Assembly (NCBI GenBank): GCA_913054565.1
Contig: CAJXHW010000001.1
Span: 1 to 26,603, forward strand
Source of the DNA: an uncultured Kordia sp.
Lineage (GTDB): Bacteria > Bacteroidota > Bacteroidia > Flavobacteriales > Flavobacteriaceae
Direction: 5' to 3'
DNA length: 26,603 nt
Positions within the stretch are counted from its first letter, which is position 1, and each line of letters starts with the position of its first letter. A program made the translations under genes and the position numbers. Shown here one piece after another: positions 1 to 8,960 of this stretch. Under the pieces are notes generated by a model. That model ran no database searches and was not told the DNA's origin. It saw nothing but the letters and a program-made list of their open reading frames with translations.

Positions 1-3
1 ATT

Positions 4-66
4 ATAAGATTTTTTTATAATGAAAATTGATTCTTATTATAAGAGTATCATTTTTTATTATAAAAA
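4..66. promoter_or_regulatory. Putative LysR/OxyR-type operator array within a long imperfect AT-rich inverted repeat
   Basis: ATAA(4-7)-N7-TTAT(15-18)-N7-ATTG(26-29)-N7-TTAT(37-40), then ATCA(47-50)-N7-TTAT(58-61). Bases 12-37 are also largely complementary to 39-66. Confidence 0.4.
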
Positions 67-90
67 CAAAGTTTTATCCTAGTGAGAGGG

Positions 91-1944
91 TTATAAGAAG
101 CCTTCAACCATATTAAACGGATGCACTGTAGGTTCAATATCAAACTCAAACCATTCTTGTAAATCGACATCAAAACCAATCCCGTTTAGATAGTTATGTA
201 ACGCTAAATTTAGTCCTGTTTTATATTTTGAATGATCGGCTCCTTTGGGGTCTTCGTGCCATAAATCATTTTGCGCAAATCCTTCAAAAACGGGTCCCAA
301 AATGTTAATATCATACTCCTCAGGATTAACACCGATAGGACTATGAACTGTAGTTGTAAATTGATGCCAAAAAGCAGATTGTATACAATTGTTCTCAAAC
401 AATTGACGAACTACCTCTAATGAATCAATAGTTTCTTGACCTGTCTGTGTCGGAAAACCATACATTAAATAAGCATGTACCATGATACCATGCTGCGCAA
501 ATGCATTTGTCACTCTAGCTACCTGACCAATATCAACTCCTTTTTTCATTTTTTTTAGCAATCTATCAGAAGCAACCTCTAACCCTCCAGTAACTGCTAT
601 ACAACCTGATTTAGCCAAAAGAGCACATAACTCTAGATTGAATGTTTTTTCAAAACGTATGTTTGTCCACCAAGTAATAAACACCCGTTTTTCTATCAGT
701 TTTTCTGCCAAAGCGCGTAACATTTTTGGTGGTGCTGCTTCATCAACAAAATGAAATCCTGTTGTACCTGTTTCAGAAACAATCTTTTGAATTTTAGCCA
801 CCAAATCATCAGCTGTAGTATTTTGATAATTTCCTATATAATCTAAATTAACATCACAAAATGTGCATTGTTTCCAATAACATCCGTGAGAAATAGTGAG
901 TTTATTCCATTTACCATCACTCCATAAACGATGCATTGGATTCATGACATCTAAAAAAGATAAATATTTATCATGTGGCAATCCGACATAGCTTGGTGCT
1001 GGTAAATTTTTATGGTGAAAAATGGTATTTGGCAAGTTATTCTTGTAGACTACCCTACCAGATTCCAATATATAAGTACGTTCTAATTGATCAACTTCTA
1101 TTTGCTCAGATAAAAATTCAGTAATGCGAAGCAATGGGGCTTCTCCATCATCTAAACTAATAAAATCAACGTACTTAAATACGCGAGCATCCTCTAATTG
1201 TCTCAATTCTGTATTACAATACCCACCACCAAAAGCAACTTTAATGCCTGGATATTTACGCTTGATATGTTGAGAACAACGTAGAGCTGCAAATAAATTT
1301 CCTGGAAACGGAATAGAAAAACACACTAAATTTGGAGTGTGTTTTTTAAGTTGTTTATCTAACAACTTAAGCATTTCTAACTCAATAAGAGTTGGATTAT
1401 ATTGTAAAAACTCTTCTAACCCATTAAAGCTTGAGGCTGAGGTTGCAATTTGTTCAGCATAACGTGTAAATGAGAAAAATTCATCAACATTAGCCTGAAT
1501 AAAATCACCTAATTCTTCAATAAAAATAGTTGCAAAATGTTTTGCTTTATCCAACACCCCTAAGCTACCAAATGCCCAACTTAAATCCTCTTCTATATTT
1601 AATGCTCTATGGGCTTGAGGTAAAAATCCATGGTGTAAAATTTGATATGCCATGGTCACCTCTTGGTGTTGCAAATACTGAATTACAATGTCTACCTTAT
1701 GAATATAATCGTCTCTTTGTTGCCAAACTAAAGGATATTCATAACTATTATACGCATCTGCTTCTTTAAATATTTTTGCAATAAAACCAGATGTAAAAAC
1801 AACCGAAAACAGTTCTATACTTAAATCACACTGCTCAACTGGCACGTTTTTTTCAGCTAAAAACCCTCTCAAGTAAGCAGTGGCTGGATAAGGTGTGTTT
1901 AGTTGTGTAAACGGTGGTGTTATTAAAAGTGTTTGAGTAGCCAT
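91..1944 (-). CDS. B12-binding-domain radical SAM protein, substrate unknown
   Basis: 617 aa ORF. Cys cluster GCYWKQCTFC; N-terminal LLITPPF...PYPATAYL and AFGGGY...DDGEAPL cobalamin-domain-like motifs; core motifs FHFVDEA, GGLE..S...LKKMKKG, YLMYGFP. Confidence 0.85.
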   Translation of the reverse strand: MATQTLLITPPFTQLNTPYPATAYLRGFLAEKNVPVEQCDLSIELFSVVFTSGFIAKIFKEADAYNSYEYPLVWQQRDDYIHKVDIVIQYLQHQEVTMAYQILHHGFLPQAHRALNIEEDLSWAFGSLGVLDKAKHFATIFIEELGDFIQANVDEFFSFTRYAEQIATSASSFNGLEEFLQYNPTLIELEMLKLLDKQLKKHTPNLVCFSIPFPGNLFAALRCSQHIKRKYPGIKVAFGGGYCNTELRQLEDARVFKYVDFISLDDGEAPLLRITEFLSEQIEVDQLERTYILESGRVVYKNNLPNTIFHHKNLPAPSYVGLPHDKYLSFLDVMNPMHRLWSDGKWNKLTISHGCYWKQCTFCDVNLDYIGNYQNTTADDLVAKIQKIVSETGTTGFHFVDEAAPPKMLRALAEKLIEKRVFITWWTNIRFEKTFNLELCALLAKSGCIAVTGGLEVASDRLLKKMKKGVDIGQVARVTNAFAQHGIMVHAYLMYGFPTQTGQETIDSLEVVRQLFENNCIQSAFWHQFTTTVHSPIGVNPEEYDINILGPVFEGFAQNDLWHEDPKGADHSKYKTGLNLALHNYLNGIGFDVDLQEWFEFDIEPTVHPFNMVEGFL

Positions 1945-1962
1945 TGTTGAGTATTAAAAACG

Positions 1963-1970
1963 TAAAGATA
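1963..1970 (-). promoter_or_regulatory. Putative Bacteroidota -7 promoter element for the radical SAM gene
   Basis: TATCTTTA on the minus strand (one mismatch to TAnnTTTG), 18 nt upstream of the ATG at 1944 and downstream of the obgE terminator. Confidence 0.45.
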
Positions 1971-1998
1971 CAATTTATCTGTTCTGTTGTTAGTATTC

Positions 1999-2036
1999 AA
2001 AAAAAGCTCATCTGTAATACAAATGAGCTTTTTTTT
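1999..2036 (-). terminator. Intrinsic terminator after obgE (symmetric, could act bidirectionally)
   Basis: AAAAAAAGCTCAT(1999-2011) ... ATGAGCTTTTTTT(2023-2035) stem with A/T tracts on both sides, just beyond the obgE stop at 2053. Confidence 0.85.
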
Positions 2037-2052
2037 ATAATAGAATGTAATT

Positions 2053-3066
2053 TTAATTTTTTGCTTCTGACGGGTTTAACATTCCCCACAATCTATCCTT
2101 TAAAGCCATTATGTTTTGTTGTGCTACAGATGAAATGAACATATATGGTACACCTAATGTTTTGTCAAGGTCCACTTTCATTTCAGCTTGCAACTCGTCA
2201 TCTAGCATATCTGATTTAGATATGGCTACGAAACGATCTTTATCCAACATTTCTGGATTGTATTTTTCCAGTTCGTTTAATAAAATTCCATATTGTTCTA
2301 CAATATCTGTTGCATCTGCAGGGATTAAAAACAGTAGCGTTGAATTTCGTTCAATATGACGTAAAAAGTAATGTCCTAATCCTTTACCTTCAGATGCTCC
2401 TTCAATAATACCAGGGATATCTGCCATTACAAATGACTGAAAATTACGATACTCAACAATACCTAAATTTGGCTTTAAAGTTGTGAATTCATAATTAGCA
2501 ATTTTTGGTTTAGCTGAAGTAATTACAGATAATAGTGTTGACTTTCCAGCATTAGGAAAACCTACTAAACCTACATCTGCCAACAACTTCATTTCTAAAG
2601 TCACATTTTTCTCTTCACCTTCTAAACCAGGTTGTGCATAACGAGGAGTTTGATTTGTTGATGTTTTAAAATGCCAATTTCCTCGACCTCCTTTTCCTCC
2701 TTTACACAAAATAACCTCTTCTTTATTCTCTGTAATTTCAAACAAAACCTCTTCGGTTTCAGAATCTTTAACTACAGTTCCTAAAGGCACATCTAAATAA
2801 ATATCTGGCCCATCTGCACCTGTACTCCTACTTTTACTACCATGCCCTCCTTGAAGTGCTTTATGATGGCGTCTGAATTTAAAATGTAATAATGTCCAGT
2901 AATTTTCATTTCCACGAATAATGATATGACCTCCACGACCACCATCACCTCCATCAGGACCACCTTTTTCAATATACTTTTCTCTATGTAAGTGCATAGA
3001 CCCTTTACCTCCTTTACCAGAAGTTACGTGCAACTTTACATAATCAACAAAATTTCCTTCAGTCAT
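2053..3066 (-). CDS. obgE: GTPase ObgE/CgtA
   Basis: FVD start, Gly-rich Obg domain ([12 protein letters not shown]), [19 protein letters not shown]-loop, [34 protein letters not shown]. Confidence 0.97.
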   Translation of the reverse strand: MTEGNFVDYVKLHVTSGKGGKGSMHLHREKYIEKGGPDGGDGGRGGHIIIRGNENYWTLLHFKFRRHHKALQGGHGSKSRSTGADGPDIYLDVPLGTVVKDSETEEVLFEITENKEEVILCKGGKGGRGNWHFKTSTNQTPRYAQPGLEGEEKNVTLEMKLLADVGLVGFPNAGKSTLLSVITSAKPKIANYEFTTLKPNLGIVEYRNFQSFVMADIPGIIEGASEGKGLGHYFLRHIERNSTLLFLIPADATDIVEQYGILLNELEKYNPEMLDKDRFVAISKSDMLDDELQAEMKVDLDKTLGVPYMFISSVAQQNIMALKDRLWGMLNPSEAKN

Positions 3067-3111
3067 AGCAATTTCCCTAGAAAAAGGGATTTCTTTTATT
3101 TATAATTCGTC

Positions 3112-4221
3112 TTACAATGCGTCAATCACAGCACTCAAACGTGATGTAATATCGTCAATTGTTCCTATTCCATTTACAGAATGAAACTTATTTTGAGCGG
3201 TATAAAAATCAATTAATGGAGATGTTTTTTCATTGTACTCATCAAATCTGATTCTAATTTTTGCAGCATCTTGATCATCAGCTCGTCCTGAAGTTTTACC
3301 TCTTTCCAACAAGCGTTCAATTAATGTATCATCATTTGCCTCTAAAGCTATTGTAGCTGCAATATCCATTTCTTTATCTTCTAAAAACACGTCTAAAGCT
3401 TTAGCTTGTGCTGTAGTTCTTGGAAATCCATCAAAAATAAACCCGTTAGCATCTCTGTTTTTTTCTACTTCTGCTTGTAACATATTTATTGTTACTTCAT
3501 CCGGTACCAATTGACCTTTTTCAATGTATGATTTAGCTAGTTTTCCTAGTTCTGTGTCGTTTTTCATATTGAAACGAAACACATCTCCTGTTGAAATATG
3601 AATTAAATTATACTTTGTTTTTAAAAATTCAGCTTGTGTTCCTTTTCCAGCTCCTGGTTTTCCGAATAAAACAATATTAGTCATGCGTTGTGTGTTTTTT
3701 ATTTGATATATTTCAGGTAAATTTCGTCCTAAACCATCATAATCTAAACCGTAGCCTACTATGAATTTATCTGGGATTTCAATACCTATATAATGTATTT
3801 TTAAGTCTTTGTTATACGCTTCTGGTTTATAAAAAAGTGTTGCTATTTTTAAGTCCTTAACCCCTTTTTCACTAAAGATATCATAAATTTCTTCTAAGGT
3901 ATTTCCTGTGTCAATTATATCTTCTAATATCACAACCGTTCTACCAGACACATCTTGATTTAAACCAACCAAGCGCTGAATTTCCTCTGTAGAACTCACA
4001 CCTTCATAAGATGCAAGTTTAACAAATGTAACCTCGCAAGGTTTATCATATTTTTTAACAAAATCACTTACCACCATAAATGACCCGTTTAAAACACCTA
4101 TAAAAACAGGAATTTCATCACCTAACTCTTCAGAGATTTTAGATGCCATTTTTGTAATGGCAACATCTATTTCTTGAGCAGAAATAAATGGTTTAAAATA
4201 TTTATCATGAAGTTTAATCAC
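3112..4221 (-). CDS. hpt-adk: Fused hypoxanthine phosphoribosyltransferase / adenylate kinase (369 aa from probable GTG start at 4221)
   Basis: N-half has HPRT motifs GVLNGSF, ASYEG, VVILEDIIDTGNTL, FIVGYGLDY. C-half from Met at 3684 has Adk motifs GKPGAGKGTQ, HISTGD, GQLVPD, GFIFDGFPRT and a short LID (GRADD). No stop between them. The track's ATG at 4257 lies upstream of the -7 box, so GTG 4221 is preferred. Confidence 0.92.
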   Translation of the reverse strand: MIKLHDKYFKPFISAQEIDVAITKMASKISEELGDEIPVFIGVLNGSFMVVSDFVKKYDKPCEVTFVKLASYEGVSSTEEIQRLVGLNQDVSGRTVVILEDIIDTGNTLEEIYDIFSEKGVKDLKIATLFYKPEAYNKDLKIHYIGIEIPDKFIVGYGLDYDGLGRNLPEIYQIKNTQRMTNIVLFGKPGAGKGTQAEFLKTKYNLIHISTGDVFRFNMKNDTELGKLAKSYIEKGQLVPDEVTINMLQAEVEKNRDANGFIFDGFPRTTAQAKALDVFLEDKEMDIAATIALEANDDTLIERLLERGKTSGRADDQDAAKIRIRFDEYNEKTSPLIDFYTAQNKFHSVNGIGTIDDITSRLSAVIDAL

Positions 4222-4244
4222 CTTTCCGATTTTTTTATAAGTTG

Positions 4245-4252
4245 CAAAGATA
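4245..4252 (-). promoter_or_regulatory. Bacteroidota -7 promoter element for hpt-adk-obgE
   Basis: TATCTTTG on the minus strand, exact TAnnTTTG match, 23 nt upstream of GTG 4221. Confidence 0.7.
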
Positions 4253-4317
4253 ACCATTTGATTACTATTTGTAATGTTTTGATTAACGATTTTAGAAGCT
4301 CATTAAATATTTAAGTG

Positions 4318-4325
4318 TATTTTTG
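4318..4325 (+). promoter_or_regulatory. Bacteroidota -7 promoter element for purK-purE
   Basis: TATTTTTG exact TAnnTTTG match, 26 nt upstream of the purK ATG. Confidence 0.65.
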
Positions 4326-4351
4326 CTCAAACAACACAAATTATACAAAAC

Positions 4352-5509
4352 ATGAAGACATATTTTTCTTCAGATTTTAAACTTGGAATTCTAGGCGGAG
4401 GTCAACTAGGACGCATGTTACTTAGAGAAACAAATAAGTTTGATATTCAAACCTATGTTATTGACCCATCTAACGAAGCGCCTTGCCAAGCTTTTGCCCA
4501 TCAATTCACTCAAGGTGATTTATTAGATTTTGATACTGTATATAACTTCGGAAAAAAAGTAGATGTTTTAACTTTTGAAATTGAAAGCGTTAATGTTGAC
4601 GCTTTACAGAAATTAGAATCTGAGGGCGTAATTGTTTATCCCTCAAGTAAAACTTTAGGCATTATACAAAATAAGGCTACTCAAAAATTATTTTACAAAG
4701 ATCATGACATTCCTACTGCACCCTTTACAAGGTTTGCATTTACTTCTGAAATACATGATGCAATCTCTAACGGAGGCTTACAATTACCATTTGTTTGGAA
4801 AGCAGCACAGTTTGGGTATGATGGTAATGGCGTTAAAGTTATCAGAACTTTAAAAGATTTAATTGACTTACCAAATACAGAATGTATTGCCGAAGAAATG
4901 GTGCCTTTTAAAAATGAATTAGCAGTAATTGTAACACGTAACCCATCTGGTGAAATGAGAAATTATCCAGTTGTCGAAATGGAATTTCATCCAGAAGCAA
5001 ATCAAGTAGAATATGTTATATGTCCTGCAAGAATTTCTGATGATGTTGCTCAAAAAGCAATTGATGTTGCCTTAAAGGTCTCAAAACAAATAAATCATGT
5101 CGGATTGCTTGCTGTTGAATTATTTCAAACACAAGATGATGACATCTTAGTAAATGAAGTTGCACCTAGACCTCACAATTCAGGACATCAAACAATAGAA
5201 GCCTCGTACACATCACAATTTGAACAACACCTCCGTGCTATTTTAGATTTACCTCTTGGAAACCCTGAAAGCAAAGCCAATGGAATTATGGTTAATTTAG
5301 TAGGTGCAGAAGGGTATACTGGTAATGTAGTATATGAAAATATGTCTACATTACTAGCTATGGATGGCGTAACACCACATATTTACGGAAAAAAAGAAAC
5401 AAGACCATTTCGTAAAATGGGACACGTAACCATTGTTCATAAAAATATGGAATCAGCAAGAGCTATTGCTCAAAAAGTAAAAGAAACAATAAAAGTTATT
5501 AGTAACTAA
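4352..5509 (+). CDS. purK: N5-carboxyaminoimidazole ribonucleotide synthase
   Basis: LGILGGGQLGRM, LTFEIE, GYDGNG, NEVAPRPHNSGH, SQFEQHLRAI, YGKKETRPFRKMGH; adjacent to purE. Confidence 0.96.
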   Translation: MKTYFSSDFKLGILGGGQLGRMLLRETNKFDIQTYVIDPSNEAPCQAFAHQFTQGDLLDFDTVYNFGKKVDVLTFEIESVNVDALQKLESEGVIVYPSSKTLGIIQNKATQKLFYKDHDIPTAPFTRFAFTSEIHDAISNGGLQLPFVWKAAQFGYDGNGVKVIRTLKDLIDLPNTECIAEEMVPFKNELAVIVTRNPSGEMRNYPVVEMEFHPEANQVEYVICPARISDDVAQKAIDVALKVSKQINHVGLLAVELFQTQDDDILVNEVAPRPHNSGHQTIEASYTSQFEQHLRAILDLPLGNPESKANGIMVNLVGAEGYTGNVVYENMSTLLAMDGVTPHIYGKKETRPFRKMGHVTIVHKNMESARAIAQKVKETIKVISN

Positions 5510-5522
5510 CACAACATAACAC

Positions 5523-6014
5523 ATGCCACAAGTAGGAATAATTATGGGAAGCACTAGCGATCTTCCTATCATGCAACAAGCCATAGATATTTTAACAGGT
5601 TTTGATATTGAAGTAGAAGTAGATATTGTTTCTGCTCACCGAACTCCAGAAAAACTATTTGATTATAGCAAAAACGCACACATTAGAGGCATTAAGGTTA
5701 TTATTGCAGGTGCTGGTGGCGCGGCACATTTACCCGGTATGGTAGCATCGTTATCTCCTTTACCTGTAATTGGAGTTCCTGTAAAATCAAGAAACTCAAT
5801 TGACGGATGGGATTCAGTATTATCAATTTTACAAATGCCTGGTGGTGTTCCTGTAGCTACTGTAGCTTTAGATGGCGCTCAAAATGCTGGAATACTAGCT
5901 GCACAAATTATTGGTGCTTCGGATAAATGTGTCCTTGACAAAATACTAATCTACAAAGAAGGATTAAAACAAAAAGTGCTAAATGGCGCTAAAGAAGTCA
6001 AATCAAAATATTAA
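5523..6014 (+). CDS. purE: N5-CAIR mutase
   Basis: VGIIMGSTSD, VSAHRTP, IIAGAGGAAHLPGM, PVIGVP, SILQMPGGVPVATV. Confidence 0.97.
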   Translation: MPQVGIIMGSTSDLPIMQQAIDILTGFDIEVEVDIVSAHRTPEKLFDYSKNAHIRGIKVIIAGAGGAAHLPGMVASLSPLPVIGVPVKSRNSIDGWDSVLSILQMPGGVPVATVALDGAQNAGILAAQIIGASDKCVLDKILIYKEGLKQKVLNGAKEVKSKY

Positions 6015-6062
6015 CCCTAAGAAGCTTCACTAACATTTTCTGTATTAAACCAAATTAAACCC

Positions 6063-8084
6063 ATGAATGCATTATTATCTCCTTTTAATTTAGCACCATT
6101 TTCTAAAATAAAAAACACTGATTTTTTACCGGCTTTTAGTCATGCCATTGCATTAGCAAAAGCAGAAATAGATGCAATTACTGAAAATAATGCCACGGCA
6201 ACATTTGAAAACACTATTGAAGCATTAGATTATTCTGGCGAGCAATTAGATCGTGTATCTAGTTTGTTTTTTAATTTAAATTCTGCAGAAACGAATGATG
6301 AAATTCAAAAAATAGCACAAGAAGTTTCTCCTATGCTATCTGAATTTAGTAATGATGTTGCTCTAAATACGGCTTTATTTGAACGAGTTAGTACTGTTTA
6401 CAATCAAAAAAAACAACTTCCTTTAACAGCAGAACAACAAACGTTATTAGATAAAAAATATAAAAGTTTTTCTAGAAATGGAGCAAATCTTCCAGAAGAC
6501 AAAAAAGAAACCCTTAGAGCTATTGACAAGGAATTGTCAGCTTTAAAGTTGACTTTTGGCGAAAATATTTTAGCTGAAACTAATGCATACGAATTACACT
6601 TAACAAACAGTAACGATGTTAAAGGCTTACCTGAAGGTGCGCTTGAAGCAGCAGCACAAGTAGCACAACAAAAAGGTAAAAAAGGGTGGGTTTTCACTCT
6701 TGACTACCCTAGCTATATTCCGTTTATGAAATATGCTGACTCACGTGAACTACGTCAAAAATTAGCTACAGCTTTTGGTGCAAGAGGCTTTCAGAACAAC
6801 ACCTACAATAATGAGCAAAATGTTTTAAAAATTGCAAGACTACGTTACCAGCGCGCACAGTTGTTAGGTTATACAACTCATGCTCATTTTGTTTTAGAAG
6901 AACGCATGTCTGGTACTCCAGAAAAAGTCACTGCTTTTTTAAATGACTTATTAGAAAAAGCAAAACCTGTAGCTTTAAAAGAATTTCAAGAGCTAGAAGC
7001 CTTTGCTAAAGAGTTAGATAATATTGAACATTTAGAAAAATGGGATAGCGCCTACTACTCGGAAAAATTAAAAAACAAATTATTTAATCTTGATGACGAA
7101 AAACTAAAACCTTACTTTAAACTAGAAAATGTTATTGCTGGTGTATTTGAGGTTGCCAAGAAGTTATTTGGCTTATCTTTCAAACAAGTTTCAACAATTG
7201 ACACCTATCATGAAGATGTAAAAACATACGAAGTTACAGATCAGCACAATAATTTTATTGCGGTGTTTTACGCTGATTTTCACCCAAGAAAAGGGAAGCG
7301 AAACGGCGCATGGATGACCTCATTTAAAGGACAAAAAATTAAAAATGGAACAAATGATCGCCCACATATATCTAATGTATGCAACTTCACAAAGCCTACA
7401 GACACAAAACCATCATTATTAACATTTAATGAAGTAACTACCTTATTTCATGAATTTGGTCATGGCCTACATGGCATGTTAGCAAATACAACGTATCCGA
7501 GTTTATCAGGTACAAGTGTGTATTGGGATTTTGTTGAGCTACCAAGTCAGATATTAGAAAACTGGTGTTTTGAAAAAGACTGTTTAGATTTATTTGCTAA
7601 ACATTACCAAACTGGTGAAATAATACCAATGGCATATGTTGAAAAAATTAAAGCTTCAGCAAACTTTCAAGAAGGAATGGCCACCTTACGTCAACTGAGT
7701 TTTGGTTTATTAGACATGGCATGGCATTCAGGAGAATCTCCTGAATTGATTAAGGATGTAAAAACATTTGAAAATGCGGCATTTGAAAACACCTCTTTAT
7801 TCCCAGATGTTCAAGAAAACTGTATGAGTGTTGCTTTTTCTCATATTTTTCAAGGCGGATATTCTTCTGGATATTACAGTTACAAATGGGCTGAAGTTTT
7901 AGACGCCGATGCTTTTGAAGCCTTTAAAGAGCAAGGTATATTTAATTCTGAAATTGGCCATGCTTTCGCAGAACATATTTTAAGTAAAGGAGGAACTGAA
8001 CACCCTATGACGCTATACAAACGTTTTAGAGGCGCAGAACCTAAACCTGAAGCTTTATTAAAAAGAGCTGGGTTAATGAATTGA
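6063..8084 (+). CDS. dcp: M3A family metallopeptidase (peptidyl-dipeptidase Dcp / oligopeptidase A-like)
   Basis: 673 aa. TLFHEFGHGLH zinc motif, WDFVELPSQ, FSHIFQGGYSSGYYSYKWAEVLDAD, PRKGKRNGAWM. No evident signal peptide. Confidence 0.9.
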   Translation: MNALLSPFNLAPFSKIKNTDFLPAFSHAIALAKAEIDAITENNATATFENTIEALDYSGEQLDRVSSLFFNLNSAETNDEIQKIAQEVSPMLSEFSNDVALNTALFERVSTVYNQKKQLPLTAEQQTLLDKKYKSFSRNGANLPEDKKETLRAIDKELSALKLTFGENILAETNAYELHLTNSNDVKGLPEGALEAAAQVAQQKGKKGWVFTLDYPSYIPFMKYADSRELRQKLATAFGARGFQNNTYNNEQNVLKIARLRYQRAQLLGYTTHAHFVLEERMSGTPEKVTAFLNDLLEKAKPVALKEFQELEAFAKELDNIEHLEKWDSAYYSEKLKNKLFNLDDEKLKPYFKLENVIAGVFEVAKKLFGLSFKQVSTIDTYHEDVKTYEVTDQHNNFIAVFYADFHPRKGKRNGAWMTSFKGQKIKNGTNDRPHISNVCNFTKPTDTKPSLLTFNEVTTLFHEFGHGLHGMLANTTYPSLSGTSVYWDFVELPSQILENWCFEKDCLDLFAKHYQTGEIIPMAYVEKIKASANFQEGMATLRQLSFGLLDMAWHSGESPELIKDVKTFENAAFENTSLFPDVQENCMSVAFSHIFQGGYSSGYYSYKWAEVLDADAFEAFKEQGIFNSEIGHAFAEHILSKGGTEHPMTLYKRFRGAEPKPEALLKRAGLMN

Positions 8085-8121
8085 TTTTTTTCATTACTTT
8101 TAAAGCAACTAAACACTAATA

Positions 8122-8676
8122 ATGCCAAAACATCAACTAAACCCAGATAACTGGATTGACCGCTATGCAGATTATCTTTTTAACTATACGATTACTCGTG
8201 TTAGCAATAGTGCTTTAGCAGAAGATTTAGTGCAGGAAACCTTTTTCTCTGGCTTAAAATCGGCCGCAAATTTCAAAGGAGAAGCTTCTGAAAGAACTTG
8301 GCTCGTATCTATTTTAAAACGTAAAATAATTGACCACTATCGCAAAATAAATTCAAACAAAGGCAAAGCTGAAGTACGCATAGCATATCATGATGGAGAA
8401 TCTGAAGGGGACTGGCTGGAAGAACGAGTTTCAGATCCTTTTGGAAGCAATACAGAAAACGATATTGAAAATAAAGAATTAGGCCTAGCTATTCATAATT
8501 GTTTAGAAAAGCTCCCTCAAAAACAAGCTGAAATATTTAAAAAGAAAACTATACAAAACTTTGATACTGAAGCTATTTGTAATGAATACGATATTTCACC
8601 GTCTAATCTTTGGGTTATTATTCACAGAGCAAGAACTGCTTTATCTAGCTGTTTAGAAAATACTTGGTTTAAATAA
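8122..8676 (+). CDS. ECF-type sigma-70 factor (TIGR02943/Neisseria SigE-like)
   Basis: 184 aa. Region 2 AEDLVQETF...FKGEASERTWLVSILKRKIIDHYRK; region 4 CLEKLP...EAICNEYDISPSNLWVIIHRARTAL. Confidence 0.92.
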   Translation: MPKHQLNPDNWIDRYADYLFNYTITRVSNSALAEDLVQETFFSGLKSAANFKGEASERTWLVSILKRKIIDHYRKINSNKGKAEVRIAYHDGESEGDWLEERVSDPFGSNTENDIENKELGLAIHNCLEKLPQKQAEIFKKKTIQNFDTEAICNEYDISPSNLWVIIHRARTALSSCLENTWFK

Positions 8677-8699
8677 TTAACTAGTTTGGTAAAAACATT

Positions 8700-8960
8700 A
8701 TGAAGGAACAAAAAAACAAACTATTTGTTAGCTGTGATGAGGCTAAATACATTTGTGACAAATCACAATATAGCGAGTCAACTTTTTGGGAAAGACTCCA
8801 ATTAAAAATGCGTTATGCCTATTGTCATATCACGCGAGCTTATGTAAAAAGAAATAAAAAACTATCTGAACTTATACAAGACCAACAAGTTACCTGTATG
8901 GATGCAACTAAAAAAGCCGATCTTAAAATTAAGTTTACAAAAGAGTTACAAAATAAGTAA
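8700..8960 (+). CDS. Small soluble putative anti-sigma factor (degenerate zf-HC2/ZAS)
   Basis: 86 aa, 23 nt downstream of the ECF sigma. SCDEA N-terminal motif typical of zf-HC2; Cys at 12, 19, 42, 66; no transmembrane segment. Confidence 0.6.
   Translation: MKEQKNKLFVSCDEAKYICDKSQYSESTFWERLQLKMRYAYCHITRAYVKRNKKLSELIQDQQVTCMDATKKADLKIKFTKELQNK

Noticed and set aside
16..34. Fur box (TATAATGAAAATTGATTCT)
   Set aside because: Only 11 of 19 positions match GATAATGATAATCATTATC, nearly all in one half, in very AT-rich DNA.
2200..2225. ObgE G4 motif SKSD instead of NKxD
   Set aside because: S/T-K-x-D variants are, to my knowledge, usual in Bacteroidota Obg proteins, and all other motifs are intact.
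4222..4257. 12-codon N-terminal extension of HPRT from ATG 4257
   Set aside because: It contains the perfect -7 promoter box (4245-4252), so it probably lies upstream of the transcript start.
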